DNA of 64,000 bases, taken from assembly GCA_950097015.1 (NCBI GenBank), contig CATNEN010000039.1, positions 15,810,001 through 15,874,000 of the forward strand, in the 5' to 3' direction. Shown piece after piece: positions 36,415-48,269 of this stretch (positions within the stretch are counted from its first letter, which is position 1; the number at the start of each line of letters is the position of its first letter). The stretch is from Macrostomum hystrix (taxonomy: Eukaryota > Animalia > Platyhelminthes). Under the pieces are notes generated by a model, which saw only the letters and a program-made list of their open reading frames with translations, ran no database searches and was not told the DNA's origin. Made by a program: the position numbers and the translations under genes.

Positions 36415-39400
36415 CAGCAACAGGTCCAAAAACAGGCTACAAGGCGTTGCGCGAATACCAATTAGACAGGCTGTAAAGCCCGATTTGAATGGCTCCGACT
36501 GTAGCAACGAGTTTTCTAGCATGGGAGAAAAGCACAGCCCCCACCCTAGGGAGTGTGGGAGTAAGGGTTAGGGCAAGAAGGCGGCCTCTTTTACGCGCCG
36601 AGTGAATACCATGACGGAGAAAAATAACTTCTAAACTGATCCGGCTGGGAATGGACCCTTTTCCTGACCTGACCAGAAGCTGCAGGGAATGGAGACGCGA
36701 GAAGAAAGCTTGCTCCAGAAAGAATATTTAGCGCGACCAAATTATTCTCATTTTTGTTTCACAAGTATTCACTCTAAAAGCTGGACTTTAACTTTGAAAC
36801 ATCAAGCTGAAAATTGAAATCTAGCGGACTTTCTCGGCTTGATTGCCATCTAGATGATGGGAGTTGATGATGAAGGGAGACGGAGATGAAAGGAGGTGGA
36901 GATGAATGGAGGCGAAGCAGCAGTGGGTGGAGATGAGGGAGGTGGAGATGAGTGAGGCGGAGATGAAGGGAGGTAGAGATGAAGGGAGGCGGATATGATG
37001 GGAGGCGGAGATGAAGGGAGGCGGAGATGATGGGAGGCGGATATGATGGGAGGCGGATATGAAGGGAGGCGGAGATGATGGGAGGTGGAGATGATGGGAG
37101 GCGGAGATGAAGGGAGGTGGAGATGAAGGGAGACGGATATGAAGGGAGGTGGAGATGATGGGAGGCGGATATGATGGGAGGCGGAGATGATGGGAGGTGG
37201 AGATGATGGGAGGCGGAGATGAAGGGAGGTGAAGATGAAGGGAGACGGATATGAAGGGAGGCGGAGATGATGGGAGGTGGAGATGATGGGAGGTAGAGAT
37301 GAAGGGGGGCGGAGATGATGGGAGGCGGAGATGAAGGGAGACGGATATGAAGGGAGGCGGAGATCAAGGGAGGCGGAGATGAAGGGAGGTAGAGATGAAG
37401 GGAGGCGGAGATGATGGGAGGTGGAGATGATGGGAGGTAGAGATGAAAGGGGGCGGAGATGATGGGAGGCGGAGATGAAGGGAGACGGATATGAAGGGAG
37501 GCGGAGATCAAGGGAGGCGGAGATGAAGGGAGGTAGAGATGAAGGGAGGCGGAGATGAAGGGAGGCGGAGATAAAGGAAGGCGGAGATGAAGGGAGGCGG
37601 AGATGATGGGAGGTGGAGATGATGGGAGGTAGAGATGAAGGGGGGCGGAGATGATGGGAGGCGGAGATGAAGGGAGACGGATATGAAGGGAGGCGGAGAT
37701 CAAGAGAGGCGGAGATGAAGGGAGGTAGAGATGAAGGGAGGCGGAGATAAAGGAAGGCGGAGATGAAGGGAGGTGGAGATGAAGGGAGGCGGAGATGAAG
37801 GGATGTAGAGATGAAGGGAGGTAGAGATGAAGGGAGGCGGAGATGAAGGGAGACGGAGATAAAGGGAGGCGGAGATGAAGGGAGGTGGAGATGAAGGGAG
37901 GCGGAGATGAAGGGAGGTAGAGATGATGGGAGGCGGAGATGAAGGGAGGTAGAGATGAAGGGAGGTGGAGATGAAGGGAGGCGGAGATGAAGGGATGTAG
38001 AGATGAAGGGAGGTAGAGATGAAGGGAGGCGGAGATGAAGGGAGACGGAGATAAAGGGAGGCGGAGATGAAGGGAGGTGGAGATGAAGGGAGGCGGAGAT
38101 GAAGGGAGGTAGAGATGATGGGAGGCGGAGATGAAGGGAGGTAGAGATGAAAGGAGGCGGAGATGAAGGGAGACGGATATGAAGGGAGGCGGAGATGAAG
38201 GGAGGCGGAGATGATGGGAGGCGGAGATGAAGGGAGGTAGAGATGAAAGGAGGCGGAGATGAAGGGAGACGGATATGAAGGGAGGCGGAGATGAATAACC
38301 AGTGGGTGACCTCAAAGCACAAGGACAGATGGATCAATACCGCCGATTGTCGGCAGTCTCGCGCTGCTGTCCCTTGTCCCTCCACTGCCCTTCGCAAAGC
38401 CTTGCTTGGACTGAACCGCAAGGACATCAGGGCAGTTACCATGGCCCTCTCTGGCCATGGCTGTTTCGCCAGGCACCGCTTCCTGCAAGGCAAAATCCGC
38501 AGTGAGGAATGCCCCTTCTGCCTCTCCTATGTTGAGGATGCAGAGCATTTTATTTGCGACTGCCCCACCTTCACTCAGGACAGGCTCACCTATCTCGGCC
38601 CAAACCCGGATCTCCCCGACGTTTTCAGGCCTGAGAACATCTGCCAGCTCGTCCGATACCTGAGGGCCACCGGGCGAGCAACCCTCCACCTCCTGGACTC
38701 TCCGGAGGAGGACCGCGCTGCGGACGCCGGCACCACCGGATCCCCCTGCGCGACACCGCAGCTTTAGTTGCCCGTGGTCGCCAGGGGCTAGCGGAATGGG
38801 CGGCAACGCCTCCCCGCTGCATCCGGAAGATGCCCCCTGCAGCTAAGTCAAGTAAGTCAAGAGGCGGAGATGAAGGGAGGCGGAGATGAAGGGAGGCGGA
38901 GATGAAGGGAGGCGGAGATGAAGGGAGGCGGAGATGAAGGGAGGCGGAGATGAAGGGAGGCGGAGATGAAGGGCGGTAGAGATGAAGGGAGTCGCAGATG
39001 AAGGGAGGCGGAGATGAAGGGAGGCGTAGATGCATGCAGTGTAGGCTAGTGAGTCACAATAAAATCCGTTCATAATAGCATTGATGCTAAAAGGATCTAT
39101 GCTAATAAGTGGTCACCGCACCGCAGCCACAGCCAGACCCGCATGGCAGTGGGATATAGGGATGCAAGCGGTACAATTACTAGAGCGATTGCGCAATGCC
39201 CCCATCAAATCAATTATGATTTATTCGATCAAAGTTTAACTACGAGCTAGCCAGTGTGACCAGTGTCAGACTTGTGCCGAAAAATGAATTCAATTTTTTG
39301 TTACACAAAGAGGGTTGTAAATCTGTCCGAATTGATAATTCGACCCACATATTTATGACAGGCTGGAAACGGGAGTTAAAAAGATCCACGGCTCACAGCA

Positions 39401-41159
39401 AAGTCATAATTGTCATTTATTTATTTAAAAAATAAAGAAACACAAAGAACTCAAAGCATGCAAGCAGGGAGTCACCACGAGACGAATATGGAGATAAAGT
39501 TATGCAAAAAATTCAGATATATGAGATTCATGAAGTCGACGCGCCTCGGGATGCCGGGAAGACGAAATTCAGGGAGAGGAGATGCAGGGAATATGAGATT
39601 CAGGGAGTCAAAGATGTTGGGAGTGGAGATGCAGGGACTGGAGATGCAGGGAGTAGAGATGCAGGGAGTGGAGATGTATGCAAACAAAATGCAGGGAGTA
39701 CAGATGAAGGCAGAGGTGAGTGAAAGTCATGAGTAAAAACAGCTATTGCTGAAGCCCCATCCCACAGCTGCTGCAGTCACTGTGTCAGAATTGTTGACAA
39801 CTTTATTAGTCATGCATCGGCAAAGAACTGTGATACAAGAGCTTCCAAAACTTATTATTCATTATCCTGATCCTAACAATGTCAGGCAGTGCATTCAATT
39901 ATACAAATCTAAATATCAGTTTGAATTTTTGATACTCTAGTTCTGATAATTTAAAATCTGCATTCAATAATTAGGTAATCTAGGAGACGCGTTTAGACTA
40001 CTGAAAACTTCATATCCCTCCATCCCTTCACCCTTATCCCTACATCCCATCCCTTCACCCACATCCATACACCATCCCTTCACCTACATCCATACACCAT
40101 CCCTTCACCCTTATCCCTACATCCCATCCCTTCACCCACATCCATACACCATCCCTTCACCTACATCCATACACCATCCCTTCACCCACATCCATACACC
40201 ATCCCTTCACCCACATCCATACACCATCCCTTCACCCACATCCATACACCATCCCTTCACCCTTATCCCTACATCCCATGCCTTCACCCACATCCATACA
40301 CCATCCCTTCACCCACATCCATACACCATCCCTTCACCCACATCCATACACCATCCCTTCACCCACATCCATACACCATCCCTTCACCCACATCCATACA
40401 CCATCCCTTCACCCACATCCATACACCATCCCTTCACCCACATCCATACACCATCCCTTCACCCTTATCCCTACATCCCATGCCTTCACCCACATCCATA
40501 CACCATCCCTTCACCCACATCCATACACCATCCCTTCACCTACATCCATACACCATCCCTTCACCCACATCCATACACCATCCCTTCACCCACATCCATA
40601 CACCATCCCTTCACCCACATCCATACACCATCCCTTCACCTACATCCATACACCATCCCTTCACCCTTATCCCTACATCCCATCCCTTCACCCACATCCA
40701 TACACCATCCCTTCACCTACATCCATACACCATCCCTTCACCCACATCCATACACCATCCCTTCACCCACATCCATACACCATCCCTTCACCCTTATCCC
40801 TACATCCCATGCCTTCACCCACATCCATACACCATCCTTCACCCACATCCATTCTCGGACTCACCAAGCAATGAGGTTGCCGGCCAAGTCGACGTGCAGC
40901 AGGGCCTCGCAACCCTCCAGTCCCGCCACACTGGCCAATCGATTCGCTGACAAATCCAAATAGCGCATTCGTTTCAATCCGCTCAGCATTGAAACGTCAG
41001 CCAGTCGATTTCCGGACAAGCAGAGAAACTCCAAGCTAGAGCAGTCACGCAGACAGCCCAGGGACTCGAGACAGCGACCGCTCAGGTCCAAACGGTAGAT
41101 GCTCTCCAAATCGAACTCCCCCGTTAGTCGCTTTAGGGCAGACTTGGACACTGTGCCAT
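28409..41159 (-). CDS. LRRC61: Leucine-rich repeat-containing protein 61 (5' coding exon not resolved)
   Basis: Exons 41159-40865, 30975-30824, 30663-30595 and 28638-28409, phases 2,1,1 consistent. [13 protein letters not shown]...LGCL..C..LE.L.LSGN..., LAGNLIA, L.L.D....LSNPLC....Y...I..LLPG...LDG.RV.G.G..YY.LC..ID, FW, and a terminal helix match LRRC61 as I recall it. The 41159 exon starts in phase 1, so an upstream coding exon is required. Confidence 0.88.
28690..30055. repeat. 31-bp minisatellite (GTAGATTGGTAGATCTGTGATAGAGTAGAAT)
   Basis: About 44 units with higher-order blocks. Confidence 0.95.
30685..30815. repeat. Short repeat with core TGGATTGCTAGACTAGCC (4 copies) in a small LRRC61 intron
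   Basis: Visible directly. Confidence 0.75.
31173..32227 (-). mobile_element. Non-autonomous mariner element (TACGAGGGG TIRs, TA TSD), transposase pseudogene
   Basis: TA-CGAGGGGTG... at 31173 and ...CACCCCTCG-TA at 32227, with ~53-bp imperfect TIRs. HTH ([10 protein letters not shown]), WMSHAL (WVPHEL motif), TGDEKW, HRDNA, HPPYS. Stops and frameshifts present; truncated before the third Asp. Confidence 0.93.
32270..32680. repeat. 23-bp minisatellite (GAGAGAAATACATGAAATGATGG)
   Basis: About 17 units. Confidence 0.95.
33570..34140. repeat. 23-bp minisatellite (GCCAGCAATCCTAATCGGAATCC)
   Basis: About 25 units. Confidence 0.95.
34141..34700. repeat. 31-bp minisatellite (GCCCTCCCTTGAACAATCCTTATCGGAATCC)
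   Basis: About 18 units abutting the 23-mer array and sharing its core. Confidence 0.95.
35360..36065. repeat. 19-bp CT-rich minisatellite (CCCTCCTATCTCTCTCCAT)
   Basis: Visible directly. Confidence 0.95.
36850..39030. repeat. 16-bp purine-rich minisatellite (GGAGATGAAGGGAGGC) interrupted by a LINE fragment
   Basis: Tandem units on both sides of 38296-38860. Confidence 0.95.
38296..38860 (+). mobile_element. 5'-truncated non-LTR retrotransposon 3' end (I/R1/LOA-like ORF2 C-terminus plus 3' UTR)
   Basis: W...CRQSR...[11 protein letters not shown]...LSGHG.F..H....G....ECPFC....[12 protein letters not shown]...R...LG (CCHC knuckle), stop at 38767, GC-rich structured UTR, tail TAAGTCAAG-TAAGTCAA(G). 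Flanks are compatible with a 14-bp TSD GAGGCGGAGATGAA. Confidence 0.88.
39570..39720. repeat. 15-bp repeat (GGAGATGCAGGGAGT)
   Basis: Diverged units resembling the 16-mer at 36850. Confidence 0.75.
40010..40852. repeat. 25-bp minisatellite (CATCCCTTCACCCACATCCATACAC) with a longer variant
   Basis: Ends ~12 bp from the LRRC61 donor at 40864. Confidence 0.95.
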
Positions 41160-41209
41160 CTGAGTGGGTTTTTGTTGGGAGAATTGCTAGGAAAACCGTT
41201 TTTTGGTAT

Positions 41210-41470
41210 TGTAAATTTCCAGTCTTATAAATCTCCGGGTTAGTAAAATTACGGGTTTGTAGATTTCCGGGTTAGTAAATTTCCGGGTTTGTAAATTTCC
41301 GGGTTTGTAAATCTCCGGGTTTGTAAATCTCCGGGTTTGTAAATCTCCGGGTTTGTAAATTTTTGGGTTTGTAAATTACGTTTTTTTATTTAGGGGCTGG
41401 TAAGTTCTGAGTTTGTAAATTTCCGGGTTGTTAAATTCCGGGATTGTAAATATCCATCTGTAAATATTCA
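41210..41470. repeat. 16-bp repeat (TTTCCGGGTTTGTAAA)
   Basis: Diverged tandem units. Confidence 0.85.
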
Positions 41471-42159
41471 GATTTCGGAATTCCTCAATTTTTTCACTCT
41501 TTAAGTTCGTAAAATTCGAGCTTCAAAACTTTTTTTTGCAGTTAAAACAGTTTAGTTTAGTTAATGAATGAAAAAACAGGATTAAATTTTGTGTAAGCTG
41601 ACCTCACAAGTTTACAAAATTTTGTGCCAGTAAACTGTCTAAGATTGTGAATTCATTTATTATGCCACTAACGATTTTAACACTGCCCATGAGGTAGCCT
41701 ACAAAGTTGATACATTTTGGAATCCACTTTCGATCTAATCCAACGTAAGTTTAAGTAGCTTTACTACCCCCAACAAAATTCGAATGATTGCAGCGAAAAA
41801 ACATAGGCAGCCACAATGGCCTCCGTCTCTATATCTGTCTCGTCACGAAAATGCTTTACACGAGCTTTCGGAATGAGATTGGAAAAGTGGCCCGCCAAAC
41901 CTCAGAGAAGCGGCTGAAGTGCTTGGCAATCAATTTCAGCTTGGGGCGCCATGCGTAATGTCATTTGCCCGGTCATTGATCCGTGACCGATTTGTGCTTC
42001 GTGCTCATAGGAAAAAAAGAGGGTCCCATATGTAAATAGTTGCCGAGTATAGATATTGCGCCACAGTGTCATAGAGAACACTTGCTTGTATGCATGCAGG
42101 AGTCACTACTTCTGACCTGAAGAAAACAGAACACAGAACAACTGCAATAGGCGAATAGG

Positions 42160-44460
42160 AATTTCAGTGGTTAGGGATTTCAGTGAATAGGGATTTCAGT
42201 GAATAGGGATTTCAGTGTATACTGATTTCAGTGAATAGCGACTTCAGTGAATAGGGATTTCAGTGTATACTGATTTCAGTGAATAGCGATTTCAGTGAAT
42301 AGGGATTTCAGTGAATAGGGATTTCAGTGTATACTGATTTCAGTGAATAGCGATTTCAGTGAATAGGGATTTCAGTGTATACTGATTTCAGTGAATAGCG
42401 ATTTCAGTGAATAGCGATTTCAGTGAATAGGGATTTCAGTGAATAGGGATTTCAGTGTATACTGATTTCAGTGAATAGCGATTTCAGTGAATAGGGATTT
42501 CAGTGTATACTGATTTCAGTGAATAGCGATTTCAGTGAATAGGGATTTCAGTGAATAGGGATTTCAGTGAATAGCGATTTCAGTGAATAGGGATTTCAGT
42601 GAATAGCGATTTCAGTGAATAGGGATTTCAGTGAATAGCGATTTCAGTGAATAGGGATTTCAGTGAATAGCGATTTCAGTGAATAGGGATTTTGGAGAAT
42701 AGGGATCTTAGTAAATATGGCTTTTTAGAAACCATTGATTCCGCTAAATTTCCTGATTTTTTTAGATACTTGTAAAACTTTTACTTCCTTGTTTAAAAAC
42801 CTATAAAAGTAGCGATAGCTTCAAAGCGAACAGACTTTTATTGAGACTTTTTTCACCGAGATGGCAGAGACTGGCCCCCATTCTTTCCTGAAACTTGAAG
42901 AGAAGAATTTTGGGACTTGTGATCAGCGCCTGCATGCATATACTAGTAGGGTCAAGTTACAGAACTCCCAATAATCTATCTCTTACCCCGAAATACACGC
43001 GCGAACGCGCAGGCCCGTGGTCTCTGCTTAAACACTGGTTCAATCTATATATTTCACAGATCAATTTCGTTACAGCCAGTGAATAGGGATTTCAGTGAAT
43101 AGTGATTTCAGTGAATAGCGATTTCAGTGAATAGGGATTTCAGTGAATAGGGATTTCAGTGAATAGGGATTTCAGTGAATAGTAATTTCAGTGAATAGTG
43201 ATTTCAGTGAATAGCGATTTCAGTGAATAGGGATTTCAGTGAATAGCGATTTCAGTGAATAGGGATTTCAGTGAATAGTGATTTCAGTGAATAGGGATTT
43301 CAGTGAATAGGGATTTCAGTGAAAAAGGATTTCAGGGAATAGAGATTTGAGTGAATAGGGATTTCAGTGAAAAAGGATTTCAGTGAATAGAGATTTCAGT
43401 GAATAGGGATTTCAGTGAAAAAGGATTTCAGTGAATAGCGATTTCAGTGAATAGGGATTTCAGTGAATAGTGATTTCAGTGAATAGGGATTTCAGTGAAT
43501 AGGGATTTCAGTGAAAAAGGATTTCAGGGAATAGAGATTTGAGTGAATAGGGATTTCAGTGAAAAAGGATTTCAGTGAATAGAGATTTCAGTGAATAGGG
43601 ATTTCAGTGAAAAAGGATTTCAGTGAATAGAGATTTCAGTGAATAGGGATTTCAGTGAATAGGGATTTCAGTGAATAGGGATTTTATAAAATATGGATTT
43701 TATTTATTAGGAATTTCAGCGAATAGGGATTTCAGTGAATAGTGATTTCAGTGAATAGGGATTTCAGTGAATAGGGATTTCAGTGAAAAAGGATTTCAGC
43801 GAATAGGGATTTCAGTGAATAGCGATTTCAGTGAATAGCGATTTCAGTGAATAGTGATTTCAGTGAATAGGGATTTCAGTGAATAGGGATTTCCGTGAAT
43901 AGGGATTTTATAAAATATGGATTTTATTTATTAGGAATTTCAGCGAATAGGGATTTCAGTGAATAGTGATTTCAGTGAATAGGGATTTCAGTGAATAGGG
44001 ATTTCAGTGAATAGCGATTTCAGTGAATAGCGATTTCAGTGAATAGTGATTTCAGTGAATAGGGATTTCAGTGAATAGGGATTTCAGTGAATAGGGATTT
44101 TATAAAATATGGATTTTATTTATTAGGAATTTCAGCGAATAGGGATTTCAGTGAATAGTGATTTCAGTGAATAGGGATTTCAGTGAATAGGGATTTCAGT
44201 GAAAAAGGATTTCAGCGAATAGGGATTTCAGTGAATAGCGATTTCAGTGAATAGCGATTTCAGTGAATAGTGATTTCAGTGAATAGGGATTTCAGTGAAT
44301 AGGGATTTCCGTGAATAGGGATTTCAGTGAATAGTGATTTCAGTGAATAGGGATTTCAGTGAATAGGGATTTCAGTGAATAGCGATTTCAGTGTATAGGG
44401 ATTTCAGTGAATAGGGATTTCAGTGAATAGGGATTTCAGTGAATAGGGATTTTGGAGAAT
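42160..44460. repeat. 16-bp minisatellite (ATTTCAGTGAATAGGG) in two blocks (42160-42690, 43077-44450)
   Basis: Visible directly. Confidence 0.95.
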
Positions 44461-44841
44461 AGGGATCTTAGTAAATATGGCTTTTTAGAAACCATTGATT
44501 CCGCTAAATTTCCAGATTTTTTTTAGATACTTGTAAAACTTTTACTTCCTTGTTTAAAAACCTATAAAAGTAGCGATAGCTTCAAAGCGAACAGACTATT
44601 ATTGAGACTTTTTTCACCGAGATGGCAGAGACTGGCCCCCTTTCTTTCCTGAAACTTGAAGAGAAGAATTTTGGGACTTGTGATCAGCGCCTGCATGCAT
44701 ATACTAGTAGGGTCAAGTTACAGAACTCCCAATAATCTATCTCTTACCCCGAAATACACGCGCGAACGCGCAGGCCCGTGGTCTCTGCTTAAACACTGGT
44801 TCAATCTATATATTTCACAGATCAATTTCGTTACCGCCAGT
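42690..44841 (+). repeat. Direct duplication of a ~390-bp unique segment (42690-43080 and 44450-44841)
   Basis: Near-identical copies about 1.76 kb apart; ORFs 42895 and 44656 are identical until the junction. Confidence 0.95.
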
Positions 44842-45229
44842 TGGTCTCCAAGGCGGCTCTTGTGAATAGGAAGAGAGGCTGCGATCGAGTGAGAGTCGGG
44901 AGGGATGGAGCCGGGGGTTAGGCTGTCCCCGGTGAGATGAAGTGATGAAGCCGCCCAGAAGGATGACAGTCACGGAAGGTTAGGACAAACTGGCGAATAT
45001 ATTTTTAGTCTAGCAACATAGGCAGCGGTAGCAGCAGGGTCGCATATTGTAAATAAAGTTGACGAAAGTGCAGGATGAGTAAAATCACTCATAGAAAGTT
45101 TATGAATTTAAGATGCCGATGAAGTGGCAAGGAAGAGAGGCCGACAGGACAGAGCTTGGGAGATGAAATTGAGTGAGTCTGACAATGGGGAAACTGAATG
45201 AGAGGAAAAAAGACATCAAGAAAAGGGAG

Positions 45230-46040
45230 AAGAATATATAGAAACAATTAGGTGACCAATGAGGAGAAGAAGGGGAAGGAAGAAGGGGAAGGAAGAAGGG
45301 GAAGGAAGAAGGGGAAGAAGAAGGGGAAGAAGAAGGGGAAGAAGAAGGTGAAGAAGAAGGGGAAGGAGAAGGGGAAGGAGAAGGGAAAGAAGAAGGGGAA
45401 GAAGAAGAGGAATAAGAAGGGGAATAAGAAGGGGAAGGAGAAGGGGAAGGAGAGGGGAAAGAAGGGGAAGAAGGGAAGAAGGGGAAGAAGGGGAATAAGA
45501 AGAGTAAGATAGGGGAATAAGAAGGGGAAGAAGGGGAATAAGAAGGGGAAGGAGAGGGGAAAGAAGAATGGGAAGAAGGGGAAGAAGGGAAATAAGAAGG
45601 GGAAGAAGAAGGGGAAGAAGAGGGGAAAAAAGAATGGGAAGAAGGGAAAGAAGGGGAAGAAGGGAAAGAAGGGGAAGAAGGGAAATAAGGGGAAGAAGGG
45701 AAAGAAGGGGAAGAAGGGGAATAAGAAGAGGAATAAGAAGGGGAATAAGAAGGGGAATAAGAAGAGGAATAAGAAGGGGAATAAGAAGGGGAATAAGAAG
45801 GGGAAGAAGGGGAATAAGAAGAGGAATAAGAAGGGGAAGAAGGGGAAGAAGGGGAAGAAGGGGAATAAGAGAAGGGGAAGAAGGGGAAGAAGGGGAAGAA
45901 GGAAAGAAGAATAGGAAGAAGTGGAGGGATGAAAGTATATGGGAAGTAAAAGTGAAGCATAGGGAGATGTAGTAGGAAAGAACAAGAGAAGAAGCAGTAG
46001 AAGAAGGGGATGTAGAATAAGGGGAAGAAGGGGAAGAATC
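45230..46040. repeat. Polypurine low-complexity tract (GAAGGGGAA/GAAGAAGGG)n
   Basis: Visible directly. Confidence 0.95.
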
Positions 46041-46539
46041 AAAGGCAGGTAAAAGAGGGAACAGTTTAACTATTACAGTTGTGTCAAATTCATATTCAAT
46101 TGCCAAATCAAAAGCATCGCACAATCGCTCCGTGCTAGAGTCCACAGAACTGTCAGATGTAAAGTGTTTAGCTTCCTACCAATGCCCGCAAGCTCCATTG
46201 AAGTGGTAATATCCGAATGCTTATAGAACAAGGATAATTGATCAAAACCATTCCCAATCACGGCGGAACATAAAAAAAAATGCTAATAAACAAACCCGGA
46301 GCTAAATCTGCAGCACTGAAGCCCCGCTTGAAGGCAGCACAGGCTAAACTAAAGAGTTGGTTTATGATTATCAGACTGATACGAGTTCAAGATAAGGCAA
46401 TGGGCGTTGAAGATGAGAGCTAAAGTACCACACGGAGTGGGAATACTAGAAAAGCACAGGGAGATTCATCCCATGTCGAACAAAATTATCCTCAAGCTCT
46501 TGCTTCGGAACTTATAACATTAAAATGCCTTTTTAAAGC

Positions 46540-47780
46540 TTCATCCCACTCTATTCTAACTCGATCCCACTCTATCCCAACTCGATCCCATTCTATCCCA
46601 ACTTGATCCCAGTCTATCCCAACTTGATCCCATTCTATCCCAACTTGATCTCACTCTATCCCAACTTTATCCCACTCTATCCCAACTTGATCCCACTCTA
46701 TCCCAACTTTATCCCACTCTATCCCAACTTGATCCTACTCTATCCCAACTTGATCCCACTCTATCCCAACTCGATCCCATTCTATCCCAACTTGATCCCA
46801 GTCTATCCCAACTTGATCCCAGTCTATCCCAACTTGATCCCATTCTATCCCAACTTGATCCCATTCTATCCCAACTTGATCCCAGTCTATCCCAACTTGA
46901 TCCCATTCTATCCCAACTTGATCCCACTCTATCCCAACTTGATCCCACTCTATCCCAACTTGATCCTACTCTATCCCAACTTGATCCCACTCACTCTATT
47001 CCAACTCGATCCCAGTCTATCCCAACTTGATCCCAGTCTATCCCTACTTGATCCCATTCTATCCCAACTTGATCCCATTCTATCCCAACTTGATCCCATT
47101 CTATCCCAACTTGATCCCAGTCTATCCCAACTTGATCCCATTCTATCCCAACTTGATCCCATTCTATCCCAACTTGATCCCATTCTATCCCAACTTGATC
47201 CCACTCTATCCCAACTTGATCCCATTCTATCCCAACTTGATCCCATTCTATCCCAACTTGATCCCAGTCTATCCCAACTTGATCCCATTCTATCCCAACT
47301 TGATCCCATTCTATCCCAACTTGATCCCATTCTATCCCAACTTGATCCCACTCTATCCCAACTTTATCCCACTCTATCCCAACTTGAGCCTATTCTATCC
47401 CAACTTGATCCCACTCTATCCCAACTTGATCCCACTCTATCCCAACTTGATCCCACTCTATCCCAACTCGATCCCACTCTATCCCAACTTGATCCCACTC
47501 TATCCCAACTTGATCCTACTCTATCCCAACTTTATCCCACTCTATTCCAACTTGATCCCACTCTATCCCAACTCGATCCCACTCTATCCCAACTTGATCC
47601 TACTCTATCCCAACTTGATCCCACTCTATTCCAACTCGATCCCATTCTATCCCAACTCGATCCCACTCTATTGCAACTCGATCACACTCTATTCCAACTC
47701 GATCCCACTCTATTCCAACTCGATCCCACTCTATCCCAACTTGATCCCACTCTATTCCAACTCGATCCCACTCTATCCTG
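46540..47780. repeat. 21-bp minisatellite (GATCCCACTCTATCCCAACTT)
   Basis: About 59 units. Confidence 0.95.
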
Positions 47781-48269
47781 ACTTGTATCCTAGTTCATTA
47801 GATTTTTTAAAATCCCATTTCTGTCCCCTTCAAACACGAATACCGATTCCCATTCTTATTCCCAAGTTTTTTCACTTTTCCAAAGCAGCATGAACTCAAA
47901 AAGCCTGCGTGTGCTCACACTGCTCTAATCGCATGTACAACAGATTCTGAGTCAATTTTGAGTCAGCTAGGCAGAGAAATGCGTCTCAAGCAGCTTCATT
48001 AGGGTAATTGCGGTAGTTAGAGGTAAATATAAATAACCTGATTTTCCATGCCTGAACGCAGACAGTGTACAAAAAGTGTGAGCAATCACTGGCTTGAACT
48101 GGAAAAAAATGGTTGCAGAACGATAAAGTAGATTTTCCCTAATAAATCGCTAGGGACAGCGAATTATTGGTTAGCTGCAGATGAGGTAAGTTTTACAGTC
48201 TATTGTTAAGGCTAATAGTTATCTATGAAAACCAGGATTTGGGTACGATGACCTTTTAATTTGTTAGAT

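Noticed and set aside
41157-41159. CAG|ATG as the LRRC61 start codon
   Set aside because: This ATG is out of frame with the LRR coding sequence.
44935-45010. C/D snoRNA (GTGATGA box C)
   Set aside because: No CTGA box D or terminal stem at a suitable distance.
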